A DNA stretch of 64,000 bases from Eledone cirrhosa (lineage: Eukaryota), in the NCBI GenBank assembly GCA_964016885.1, contig OZ024740.1, positions 182,962,001 through 183,026,000 of the forward strand, written 5' to 3'. The position numbers were made by a program, and so were the translations under genes. This document shows positions 23,919 to 36,795 of the stretch, one piece after another. The notes under the pieces are model-generated. The model did not search any database, was not told the origin of the DNA, and saw nothing but the letters and a program-made list of their open reading frames with translations. How positions within the stretch are numbered: position 1 is the first letter of the stretch; each line of letters begins with the position of its first letter.

Positions 23919-24122
23919 AACTTGTCTGTAGAAGTATTGATGTTATATAACAGAGTTAACAAGAAATTTCTAGAGAATAACCATGAAAACAGAATTGACC
24001 TTTTCAGTTCAGCTCAGTTCATATTTGAATTTAAAAAGCACACTTATAGTGTTAATGCTGACATTGAATGTAATATAGCTCGAAACTACTATACTTTCTT
24101 GAGAAAACAACTAATGGCTCAA
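23919..24122 (+). CDS. Candidate internal exon of unidentified host gene
   Basis: ttttatactgtAG | 68 open codons (NLSVEVLMLYNRVNKKF..LRKQLMAQ) | GTgatt, phase 0/0. No recognisable domain. Confidence 0.35.
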
Positions 24123-25129
24123 GTGATTTAAAGACATTTTCTATTTTCTTTTAACCTTTTAAACTATTAGCAATATATATATCCATTGTAGTTTAAATTT
24201 CAAATTCTGTTTTACTAAGAAATATCAAAATATCCTTATCTATAAATGTATATAAATGGCAATAGATAATAAGCTAACATATAAATCTGTAAAAATATTT
24301 ATTTCAAAAGATATTTTAATTAATGTCTGATAAGTCTCAGAATGTTGGTACAAGGTGGTAGAAATATATAAAGGGCAAAGAATGACAAACAAAACAATGT
24401 TTTATCCAGTACATTTCATATTTGAAAAGAGGGTAATATCCATAGAATATCATGTCGAAATTTGTTTTAAGGCCCCAATCAGTCACTAATGACCATGGTG
24501 TTGTACCTAAAAAGTTTCCCTCCGAGGCAGTCACCAATGCATATCAGTCTCCCCTTTCCACACCACAAATGTTGTCCAAGGGAAAGGCAATGGCTGATGG
24601 AGCTTGGCACCAATGATGTTGCAACTCATTTCTACAGCTGAATGAACTGGAGTGTCTTACCAGTCTTTTGAAACTCATCAGTCATTTACTACATATCTCA
24701 CAATGCTTACTTTATATTTTAATTATTTTTACTACTGTTTCAAGGAAGAAAGGATAATAGTCATGATGTTTTTCAAGGCATCCATGACTAGAGTGAGGGA
24801 GAGAGAGAAGAAGCTAGCCTCAGATTGTAGACCCAGCCTAATTATTAACAACAGGGTACACTCCAATAAAGACACCCAAGGGGCATGTGGTGGCGCTAAA
24901 CTAAGGAAGAGATTAAAATTGATACAAGAAGACAAATATTGGAAAACAGCTTACTGCTGTTTGGTTCAGGGTCACATATTAAGGAGAGGAAGGAGAAGGA
25001 GGAGGAGAATAAGTGGTTATCCCTACTGAATTTAAATTAAAGGTTGTTTTGTTTTTTTTTCTTCAAGGGGTATCTGTGAAGGAAATGAAGAGACAATTGT
25101 GATAAACAGCAATTAGGTGGGGCTGAACT

Positions 25130-25510
25130 AAAGGGATGGCAAAAGGCTCAACGGCATGACCATCTTCCCATTCCACTGTGAAAAACTCTTCGTCTGGGAT
25201 GCCACATGAAGTGACACATTCTCTAGCAACAACCTGGAGCAGTCTGTCACTAAACCAGGCTCTGCAGCAATTTAGGCTGAGGAGGGTAAACTCTCTAAAT
25301 ATTGGTTGCTTTCTGATAGGTTTGTGGTCGAGCCTGTAGCTGTGGAGACTTCTGGTGTCCTTGACCCTTGGGACACTACCCTACTCACCACCATTGGTAC
25401 AGAGTTGGCTACCCACAGGTGTGAGCCTTGCTAGCTGGAATGGCTTTTCCAGTGCATCTTTTTCACCAGCCTCTGGGGAAACGCCTTCCCTATTCTGTCT
25501 GCCAGGCCAG
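25130..25510 (+). mobile_element. CRE-clade non-LTR retrotransposon, RLE endonuclease remnant
   Basis: GMTIFPFH..VWDAT..KLSKY..DRFVVEPVAVETSGVL..GNAF. Homologous to 43940-44290. Confidence 0.7.
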
Positions 25511-27647
25511 CTAGTCTGCTTGGGCTGTGGGGCTGCCAACACAAGGATCCCCATTTGCTCAAAATAGTGAGAGATGGAAAGAGCAGGAGAGATGGAGGCA
25601 GTGGTAGTAGGAGTTTGGTTCCTTTGTGTTCGGAGATGGTCTATATGTATATGTTTCATGTACACACACTCACAATGAGGCAATTTAATTTTATATTTAA
25701 TAGATGGTATTATAGATATAGTTAATCAAAGCCAAAAGCAAACTGACTAATGACTGGGACTGATTTCAATTTACATACCCCACCCCCTCCAAAATGTACT
25801 AAATCAAATCTAGGTTATATAAGAAGAAACTTGCTAGAGAGTAACTAACTCTTCTCTATGGTGTTCACCACAAAACATATTAAAAAATTGAATTTTTAAA
25901 AATTTTAAATTAAATTTGTTATGATAGATGAGTGGAAATAGTCATTTATGAAGTCATAACTCAAAATAATTGATCACATATGAATATTTAAAATATAAAA
26001 TGATTTCTTGATTTGCAAGAATTCTGAGTGGAAGAACATTTCCAGACAAACTGATGATCGTCATCATCTTTTTAACCCTTTCAAATCATTTTGAAACTAA
26101 CCAAGACTTTAGGATGTTTAGTAATGTAACAAACTTTCTCATTATTAAGTTGGTATTTACAGCAGTGGATTCGCAGTACCCATAGATCGTTGGACAACAT
26201 GCTTTGCAGCATATAGTTATGTCTATTTATGTAGTGAGGTCAAATTTCAAGGAGTTTAGATATGCCGTTCATCCTAGCAGGGTCAATAAAATAAAGTACC
26301 AGTAATGCACTGAGCTCCATTTAATTGACTTTCTTCTTCCCTAAAATTATTGGTCTTGTGCCTAAATTAGAAACCATTATTAAGCTGGTGTTTGAAGCCT
26401 AACAATTGTTCTTACATAAAATTATGATGGAAGATTTTTTTAGATAAATATAAACACTGTAAAACAAACAATTTTGTATCATAAAACTAGTGGTAGATTG
26501 GAGCAGATTGGTATCAAAAGAGTTAAAGTAATTTATCCAAAATATAATATATTTGTATTTTACAAAACCGTTAGAGAATTAGTATTTATTTATGGTCCTT
26601 TATATTTTGATTTCAAATACTGCTGGGTTTGACTTTGCCTTTCCTCTTTTCAGTTTCATTAAAATAAATTATCAGTCAATATGTTTCCTTTTCCCAATGT
26701 TTTGACATTGTGTTTACGTATAAATATCAATATGATTCTATGGCAGGGGAAGTTCTTTTCCCCCTGGACCACATCCTTACTTTCTGCTATTGAAGCAGTG
26801 TTGGCTACCCACATGTGCAAGCGCCACAAGGTAGAGGAGTTCCAACACATCTCCCTTGCTGTCCTCCAAGGCAATGTCTTCTCCAACCTGTTGAGCCGGA
26901 CTCTGAGGCGAACTCTACCTTAAGTTTTATTTGTGGTGGTCGCACATGGAATTGATTTACTTCCATAAGTATGAGTACATTGATTTTGTTAATTTTAATC
27001 ATGTCTTTTACATCTCAACACCTGTGTACCAGACATGTACTGGTAAATTTTAGTTTAGTTTGTGAAGAACAGGCTCAGATATAACATAACTGAATAAGAT
27101 GTTTCTACCAAAAACTGTGTTACGTTTCAATTTAGATAGAAAACCTCTAAAATGGATGGCTTCATGTCATAAAACGAAATGCAGTTTGGAACAGATTAGT
27201 ATCTAAAGGGTTAAACAAAGAAATTGAATACAAATTTCAATTTACTTTTAGAATAAGGCTATGTTTCATCAATAATAGAAGAAAAAATGTTTAGAAAACA
27301 TAGGTTAAGGAGTGATGTGCTGAATGGCATTAATTGCATTACGAGTTGAAATTTTACTGAGGTTGAATTTCCCTCTCATAATTTATGGGTCAATATTGTA
27401 AGTAGAAGTAAAATATTAGAAATGATATAATCGATTGTTTCACCGCCAACATGCAAAACTAAAAATGTGTGTCCTTGCGATTACATTAGAATAATAATTA
27501 TTATTATTGATGCTGGCATAGAAAAGCAGAAGCAATATAATAATAAGAATGACAAAAATACTTTGAAGCATTTAGTTATTCCCCTTTAATGCCTAGTTCC
27601 AAAGCCTGTAAAGGTCATCTTTACTTTTCATCCCTGTAGGCTCAATA

Positions 27648-27830
27648 ATAATTGTTTCTACTTTAGGCACAAGGCCAGAAAATTACCCAGTGCATTACTG
27701 GTACTTTATTTTATCGACCCCGTAAGGATGAAAGGCAAAGTGAACCTCGGCGGGATTTGAACTCAGATCGTAAAGGGACGTAACTATGCTGGAAAGCATG
27801 GCGTCCGACCCTCTACCGATATACCAGTAA
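27648..27830 (-). mobile_element. Meta-like SINE
   Basis: Near-identical reverse copy of 22995-23175. Confidence 0.75.
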
Positions 27831-29415
27831 CATACAAGGGTTGATTTGATTAATTGTGATCTCACTCTGATATATTTGATAATCATACAGCATGATTATC
27901 AAACATAGGAAATTGTTTGATATCCTACATGGTGTTCTACAATATTTCATTATATAGATTCTTCCCAGCACTACGATGACCACTACTGGTCTTCTTAGAG
28001 TTTGAAAAATATTTAGTGATTATTAAATATCTCAATGTCTGAGTTGAAGCGTTCTCAATAAAACTATATATAATTGTTCGGACTATTAACCTAATCTTCA
28101 CAGTGAAAGATTTTTCAATATTCATATCTATACAGTAGTTGTAGTAGCATAGATGTAAACATTAAAAAATGTCTTTCATCCTTAAAGATGTGGTTAAATA
28201 GTCCGAAAAATTATAAACTTAGTGAGTGATTTTTCTTTTTCATATTCTGGCATATTAAATAAATAAAATAGCCTACAAATATAAACTGATTAGTTGTAGA
28301 CATGACTGAGTCGTTAATAATTAATTTCAAAATCATGAGGTTCTTGGTTCAATCACAGTGTATTACATGTTGAGCAAGTGTATTGACCTCAGCCTTGCTA
28401 ATGAAATTTGTATAGATAGAAACTATGTGGAAGCTTGTTAAGTGGATTCTATCTGTAATTGAAATACCCAACTTTGTCACATATTGTATCACATTGATTT
28501 AGCTCAAGACTTATGTTAAAGATGCATGCATCTGTGTAATACTCAGCCAGTTGGGCAATAATTTAACTGACACACAGGTGATTGAACAACTGAATGCTCA
28601 TCACCAAAATTGAGAGAAAATCCATCATAAACAAAATACTATAGAAAGTCACCACTGAAAACCAGAACATCATATAGATATTCAATGGCAAGTCAGCCTG
28701 AAGAAACCCATTCCACTTAAAGCATATAAATACTTCTGGTTTTTACCATATGAGACCTGAGCCCATGTGTCTAACTTTACCCTCCACTTGGATTCCAGGG
28801 CAAAAGTATAAATAGTTGCATACGCAGCACATGAGTAATGATTGCAGGCAAACTAATGGATAGAATCAGCTCAAAGTGGTGTAAATGCATCTACCCACCC
28901 TTCGTCTAGATTTATATAATCACCACCACCTCTATCAGTATCAGCTGTGCGAGGGCCACACCAAATTTTTTCATCTGAATCGCTACTTTTCTCACCACTT
29001 TCACTAGTAGCAGTCTGAATAACTCTTGCTGTCAGTGTAATGTTGAAATTCTTGCTACCCTTCATCCATAGAATAAATATCATCAATAATTTCCTTAACT
29101 GTCAAGAGTCTAGACCGTGCTTGTTTACCAGAAGTGATGGGTTCATCACACATTCATTTCATCACAAAAAAATCACTTTTTCTTTTATTAAAAACACAAG
29201 TAAACAACAAATATAGGGGTCACAATTATGAGTCATAAACACCTATATTAAAAAATGCAATGTGATCAGTTGTCTATTTTTAGTATTTTATCTTCTTTTT
29301 CTACTGCTTTAACAGGAATCTGGTAGAGATTAAGTTTTGACTGTTATCACGAAAGTGAGAATATGGTGTGATAAGGTTAAACTCTGAATTGCAACAAAAT
29401 ATTCAATATTTTTAG

Positions 29416-29483
29416 AATGCATGCAACAAGTTCTTGTCGAGTGGTTTGTAGTTTACTGTCAAATGGGCTTGATACTTTGAGAG
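29416..29483 (+). CDS. Candidate exon of unidentified host gene
   Basis: atatttttAG|..|GTaggt. Open frame MHATSSCRVVCSLLSNGLDTLR. Confidence 0.3.
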
Positions 29484-30107
29484 GTAGGTAGGTATTATGG
29501 CCAAGGATATATACAATTTTGCGATGTTAAAAGGATGTGAACAGAGAACTTCTTAGATTGTTGTATGCTATCCTATTGAATTACATAGAAGTATGTAGGT
29601 CTGTAGATGTGTGTAGATTTCATATCATGAAAAAATAAATAAGCCTGTGAGACAATAGATGTGATTAAGTGATATTTTGATGTCTTTCTAGAATTGTAAA
29701 TATATGAGAATTATTATGTAAATCATTGTAGATTAATATGTAGGAGCCTGCCTCTCTTAGACTCTAAGTGCTGTCATTTATTGAAGGAATATTACATTTT
29801 ACATTTCTATCAATTGAGAGATTTTTCAATAGTGAATTTGGTATATTTTGTCCAAAAACTATATTAATCCAATAAAAGCCTTTCAGGAAAATGGCATATA
29901 ATTCCTTTATATATCATGTAATTTTTTATTCTTACTATTATTATTTGTACTTAAGTTTTCTAAGATAAATTTTAGGATTTATTTTATTTCATATTATAAA
30001 ATTTAATATTTTGAATCTGATTGACAATTCTATATTTTCAATGATATTTCCATCAAAAATCATTAAAATTATTGAAATATGATTTCTTATTCTTATTATA
30101 TTTTCAG

Positions 30108-30174
30108 TTTCTCATTCAAGAATATTTGGTGCATTTGTCTTTCTTTGAATATTCTTTCTGCCACGTTATTTCAA
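30108..30174 (+). CDS. Candidate exon of unidentified host gene
   Basis: tattttcAG|FLIQEYLVHLSFFEYSFCHVIS|GTatgc. Confidence 0.3.
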
Positions 30175-30459
30175 GTATGCAAATGAGAGAGTGACCTTTC
30201 AACAAAGTAATTCTTTACAACTACCTCAATCACCAATATAATTTGGTGTTTTGCTGAATTATAGGAAATGTTGCTGTCAATTTCACATATAATTTCAAAT
30301 AAACTTGTTGTTATAATATTCCATTGTTATTTTAAAATGTTGTTCTTTCCAAACGGAAATAAGAAATATACTTATTTACATAACTATTCATCCTAAGACA
30401 CTTTCTTAAAACAAAGTTTAATCAAATTCTAATTTAAAAAAAAAAAAATCATTATTAGT

Positions 30460-30678
30460 AGTGGTGGACTGGCAGAAATGTTACTGCATCGGACATCATG
30501 TTATATGGAATTTTTTCTGGCCATTTTCTTTCTGAGTTCAAATCCCGCTAACGTTAACTTTGCCTTTCGTCCTTTCGGAGTCAATAAAATAAAGTACAAG
30601 TAATGCACTGGTGTCAATTTAATCAACTTTCCTCTCCCCAAAATTGTTGGTTTTGTGCCTACATCAGAAACTATTATT
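30460..30678 (+). mobile_element. Meta-like SINE
   Basis: tggcagaa..gagttcaaatccc..gcctttcgtcctttcggagtcaataaaataaagtac. Further diverged copies at ~26160-26380, 32500-32690, 33720-33920, 34950-35165, 36330-36482(-) and 46050-46195(-). Confidence 0.7.
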
Positions 30679-32879
30679 AACAGCAGCAGCATTATTTCTG
30701 TAAACTGGAGACAATATTGTATAAGTCTCTACATAAACATTTTATCTGCTAGAAATAATAGCTAAAGCTCCATCAAATCATAGCCTTTTATGTAATTACA
30801 AGAAAAGGTTTATGTCACTTTTCTTCTTCTTCTCCCACTTATTCCTGGAAGAGTCATGGGGAAGAATCTTCAAACAAGCCTTCCAGCAGGTCCTGTCAGA
30901 CGCAACCATCTCAAATTGATCCCGCAGAATCCCCAAGCAAGACCAACTGAGCCCATACATATTATACAACCATATTGCTTGAGGTCTATCCCTGGGTTTT
31001 CTGCTGGTTAGTTTTGCTCATAAAATGTGTCCAACGATTTTTTCCTAGAACATTCTAGCCACATGTCCGTGTTAACGGAGCTGTGATCTCCCAATTTGGA
31101 TGGAAAAAGATGGGATGGTCACAGTTGGATTGTCTTTGATCATGGGTATGCACAATTATTTTACATTTCTTCAGCCAGGTACCAATCAGATCATACTGGT
31201 GTAGATTATGCCAACTACACACTCTCCAAATATATTACTGCGTGCAAATGTTTAGATACAATGCCAGAACTTTTGTAGGATGGCTATAATTGATTAAATC
31301 AATATCAATTCTTGGCCAGAACATTATTTCATCGATGCCCAAAGAATGAAGGACAAAATTGACCTTGGTCAGAAAGTAAAAAGTCATAAGTGGCTGAGTA
31401 TTACACAGACATGGATATCCATAATGTAATTATGAAGTCAAATCAATATGACACAATTTATGGCAAGGCTGGAGCCTTAAATTACATGTAGAATATATTC
31501 AACAGGCTTCACCTCAGATTCTGTCTACCTACTTTCAATCACAAAACTTGGGCCAATGCCATATCACGGGAAAAGAAGCTCAAGATTCACACAATTGTAT
31601 CAAATCTGGGACCTCTTGATCAAGAAACAAACTTGTTCACCTCTCAGCCATGCCAACACTAAAAATTCTGACATTTAGTGTCATGAATGTTATTACCCCT
31701 TTAGCATTTAAACCGGCCATATCTAGTCAGAATTATCTCACCTCTTTCTGTCCAAATTGGCTGTAATCAGCCACTTATATTGATGTTAAGATATTATTCT
31801 CAAAATAGATAATATGAAAATCTCATAGATTCGGTATTATGTGAGATAAAGCTTTTAACCTGAAAATATAATAGTAAATATAGAGTAATGTAAATGTTAA
31901 AAGGTTAATCTTCTTTCACTGAAGATGTCATATTTCATAACACTAGCTAATTGCCTTCTTAAGTTAAATGTATTCCTTAACTGCAACTATGCTCAGTATG
32001 ATATAAACAAATGACATTTTTCTTTCTGCTGTAACAACAAGATTTTACTTGAAAAAAAATGTGTCAGTCAACTATTTTTCAAAGCATAGTACCTAAAAAT
32101 ACACATCTGATTTTATGGCATATCAGCAGTTTTTTTTTTTCCTTTTAATTTTCTACTTGGTTTTAACAAATCCATCTGCTTAAATCATTACAGAAAATTA
32201 AATACTTCTGTTTATTTTTAGTGTATTTTTTTCTAGTTATGTAGTTGTGATTAATAGGTTTCCTAGTTGTATTTGTGTCTTTACGTAGTTAAGATGGGTT
32301 GTCTGTGTTTCTAAGCTTCACCTGCTCTTAGTCTCTCTGTTATTCTATTCAAAGTAAACTTAATTAACATCACATCTTCTCAGAAAAACTATGGCAATCT
32401 TACCCTGACTAATTGCTTATTGTATTTCTTCATGCCCTTTTACTCATTCAGATTTTATCAGTAGCACAACTAGCACATTGCTTTTATTATAAGGGCAGTA
32501 GATTCACAGTAAAGCATCGGACAAAATGCTCTGTTGTATTTTGTTGTGGCTCATTAAGTTTTGAGTTCAAATCTCACGAAGGTCAACTTTGCTAAACATC
32601 ATTTCAGGGTCTATAAAATAAAATACCAGTAAATACTTGACTTTCACCTTCCACCATATTGTTGCTCTTGTGTGAATGATAGAAATAATTATTATCAGTT
32701 TAATCTCTGCCCTCTCTGTTCAAATTCCTGCTGAAATCAATATCAGAGATGAATTATGAGAAAATTTACAAATCCTAGTATTATCAATTTCTGGTACATC
32801 TATCCTGATTGGTAAAATGTCAACATCCAGTTCTACCAACTGCACATAGGGTCTTTATATTCCTTATCTGCCATAGTGT

Positions 32880-33540
32880 TTTTAGTTTACTATCTAGCTC
32901 AAATTCACATAGCCTGGGGTCAACAAGGAAACAGAGGCACCTGTTCGTTAACCTTAGATCATTACAGCAGTATGTGGTAGCCATTACCAAAACCATGGTC
33001 TCCCAAATGCACTCGCTATCTCTTATTTTTGATGACAAGACATGCATTTTTGGTTGGAACAGATCAAGTAGTGTAGCAATGGTGATTTGGAAAGGTCTGG
33101 GCACAGAAATAAGAACAGATGGTAGATCTGTGATCCTATTTGTGAGTAGTAGTAAAGGTGATGGGGGAGCCTTCAGACATGTGACTGTGAAGGCCTCAGC
33201 GGAAGCAGAGTGCCAGACGATTTTAGATGCTTGAAACATCTCATTCATTAGTATTAGTGAGTGAATGGAAAGGCATTTTGATGCATGCATGGATTGTGTG
33301 GGTGGAACCTATCAGAGAGGGGGCATGCAATGCCTTGCAAGGTGTTGCTTTGATTTTCCATTCATGCCACTGTGTACTTGAAAAAACCCCAGTGACTCAC
33401 CTAGGTTATATTTAGATAGAATTTTTATTAGATTAGCAGTCAGAAATAAGGTAAGTCCTCTGCAACATTTGATAGTTGGCTACAGAGTTCATAGAATTGT
33501 GATTTGTACAATCCTTTAGAACAGATCATCAGAGGGGAAG
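32880..33540 (+). mobile_element. L1/Tx1-like LINE, APE endonuclease remnant
   Basis: N..SLGS..KQRHL..LRS..VVAITKT, DGRSVILFV, SLVLVSEWKGIL (GDWNAIL-like), then LDR- and TDH-like motifs. Heavily decayed. Confidence 0.55.
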
Positions 33541-34369
33541 CCATTTACAGGGAAGACATGGAAATATTTCAGGAAACATGTGCTGATTTAATATTCTTAT
33601 TTATGAAATGTTTGTTAGTACAACTGACATCATTATTTCTAAATTAAGTAAAAACTTGTTATTAGGATGATGTAGGGTGCCAGACATCACCAGGATAAAT
33701 GCACAATATTTAATTAAGGTATGAGGTAGTTGATTTGCAGAATCTTTGGAGCATTGGGCAAAATGTCATATGATATTAGTTTCAGCTGTTGATGATCTGA
33801 GATCAAACACTGCTGAACTCAACTTTTATCATTTTGAAGTCAATGAAATAGAATATTAGTCTATTACTGCAGTTGATAAATCAACTCTTCATTTTTTTAC
33901 AAATTTCAGGCCTTGTGTCTATATTAATTTCAATATTTAATTAGGTTGACTTCAAAACCACACCAGGGTCAGCTTCTCCTCATTATTCCTCTAAGGGCAT
34001 TAGAATAATTACCAATATTGTACTAGATTTGATTTAATTAGCCACCCTCCTTCCCTATTAATTTGTTACCTTTAACACAAGTAAGAAATCATTATCAAGT
34101 ACTGTCTTATTGTTAAATTTTGATCTTTGAATTTTCTTATGAAACAGTCAAAGTAATAACATCAATAAGTTCCCCCTAAGGGCTTCTTTCAAATCAAATC
34201 TGACCTTATAGAGTAAAAACGGATATTCCACGAAGAGATATGAAGAAGCCATTGGGAGTGAAACTAATTCACTTATTTAAAACCCCATGAGCTATGTAAT
34301 CAGTCAGTTATCGGTCAATTTTATTGTACTAAAATACATTCTTTAACTGTCATTATATTTGTATGTTTA

Positions 34370-34622
34370 GGGCGGTGAATTGGCAGTATCGGTAGAGGGT
34401 TGGATTATGCTTTCCAGCATAGTTACGTCCCTTTACTATCTGAGTTCAATTAACTTTGCCTTTCATCCTTACGGGGTCGATAAAATAAAGTACCAGTAAT
34501 GTACTGGAATATTTGCTGGCCTTGTGCCAAAAACTAGAAACAATTATATTTGTATGTTTATATAGTACCAGTAATACACTGGTATAATTGCTGGCCTTGT
34601 GCCAAATGTAGAAACAATTATA
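34370..34622 (+). mobile_element. Meta-like SINE with duplicated 3' end
   Basis: ggcggtgaattggcagtatcggtag.. The gtaccagtaat..agaaacaatta tail is repeated. Confidence 0.72.
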
Positions 34623-36711
34623 TTTGTATGTTTATTGTGATCAATACCCAATGATTATTAAGTTTTATCTCTTCATTTTAGTGTGCAATAATTGTGGAAT
34701 TAGCAATTATGTTTACTTAATGTACCCAAATTTATCCTCTACGTCAAGTGAAATTATATCGTATATACATATAATTGCTTTTTGTGAGTATCTCTTTAAA
34801 TATCACCATCCTTCCTAGTTAATAACTCAAATAGAATTAATCGGTTCAAACATATGCACATGGACACACATTTTCTGATCAGGCGTGAGCTGCAGTTGAT
34901 CATATCAACTTCAGTATTTAATTGGTACCATTATATATCAACCCTAAGATTGGTGATTGGCAGTATCAGTAGAGCATCAAGCAATATGCATTGCACCATA
35001 TAGTTACAGCTCTTTACGTTCTGAGTTCAAATCCTGTCATGTTTAACTTTGCCTTTCATCCCTACGGGTTTGATCAAATAGACTACTAGTAACACAGTGG
35101 AATCACTTTCATCAATTTTCCTCTCCCAAACACTGTTGGCCTTTTTTATAAATCAGAAACTATTATATATCAAATCTAAAAGCATGAAATCCAAAGTTAA
35201 ACTCACTGGGATTTGAACTCACAGCAAAGAACCAGAAAATATGCAGGGAACCACTTCATCTGACGCTTTAAAAATTCTGCCTATATCCTTCCCCCACTCC
35301 TTTTTTTACTAGTACTTTATCTACTCTGAAGGGACAACGTGGTCTTTTCTCTTGAACACTATATTTATTTCGTCTTATACCCACTTTTTTTCTCCATCCA
35401 TTTGTGCTTCCCTATTCATGTACACTAATTTTATATTTCGAGTGGAACATACTTTCTCACATCCTCTACATTCTAAGCCCATTTCTCACCATTATGTAAA
35501 ATCCTACTACATACACAAGAATCATATAATCCACCTTTTGCTCATAGAAAGAACCTCTTTGTGATCAGCAGAAATAAAAGTACCTTTAATTTTCTACATT
35601 CTATTTTTAATCTGGTTATGATATTTTCTGTACACCATCTTCCATTACTACTAATATAATTAAACATGTTTTATTAATAAAATTCAGAAAAATAATAAAC
35701 AAATCTATTTCAAATAGCAACAACACTGCAGATATTTAAAAATGGAAAATGAAAGCAAGGGCTTTAGGCTTTAGGGTCACAGAAGAATGAGAGGAGGAAG
35801 AGGGAGGGTGATGGGATATAAGTCTAGAGCATGGAGGTGTTGGGGTTGCACCCTGTGGACAAGACCGCAAAAGCATTTCCGCAGACAATGGCTAGCGACA
35901 ACCGCTGCAACAGTTACCCTACCTTGTCGGGCTCCTACCTCATGCAGGCTGCTGATGTTCTGATCTTGTGGAGGAGCTCAGCAGTACAGGGTTCAAATAT
36001 GCCTGAAGTCGCAATGACAACTGGTGAAGTTGGTACTTAACTGCTGCTCCTTGTAATAAATATTTGTTGGGCTTCTCTATTAGCCATGTAGCTTTTACAT
36101 TATTTTCATCTCAGCATGCTTGCTGTACTTAGTATATTCTTTCTTTTAATCCTGTAACTCCCAAGCGAATCACAGAGGCACTGTATTGACATAGGGTGTT
36201 TCTAGGGCATTTTAAAACCTGGCAGAGCCCATCTCCTCTCCAGGTCTGAATAGAGTAAATGTCTTCCAGAGAAGGATAGAGATTGAGAGAATGGAAGTGA
36301 GAAAGAAATATGGATGAAGAATCAACCGCAGTACTAGACTGGTACGTTTATTTATCAACCTGAAATGGATGAAAGGCAATGTTCATCTTGGTGGAATTTG
36401 AACTCAGAGAGTAGAAAGTCAAAATGAATACTGCAAAGCATTCTATCCAAAGTTTTAACGGCTCTGCTAATTTGCCACCACTTACCAAATAAGAAATGTA
36501 AATCCTCAGTTGCTGTTGGTACTTTCCACTATAATATATATTAACTACAAAATAATCATAAAACTGAAACAATAAGTGGAATATGTTTGATCATTGATAT
36601 AACTTAGCTTTAATGTTTACCAGAAATATATGGTGAGAATGTTAGTTCCCCAGTTATTGATCCAAATGTGGTAACTTCAGAATTAGAAAATGGAATTATT
36701 ACTAATAACAG

Positions 36712-36795
36712 ATATTGATTGAGAAAGCAATGCTGAAGAAGCAAGAGTATCAATTCTATTTGTTGGAAAGAGAAGGAATTAAAGAGGAATATTAT
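36712..36795 (+). CDS. Candidate exon of unidentified host gene
   Basis: actaataacAG|ILIEKAMLKKQEYQFYLLEREGIKEEYY|GTatga, 84 nt, phase 0/0. Confidence 0.3.

Noticed and set aside
28760-29380. piggyBac transposase 5' remnant (acidic ORF, ..aaggttaa end)
   Set aside because: Only compositional similarity, with no diagnostic motif seen.
32820-33290. 156-aa minus-strand ORF as a host gene
   Set aside because: It is the antisense shadow of the L1/Tx1 endonuclease remnant on the + strand.
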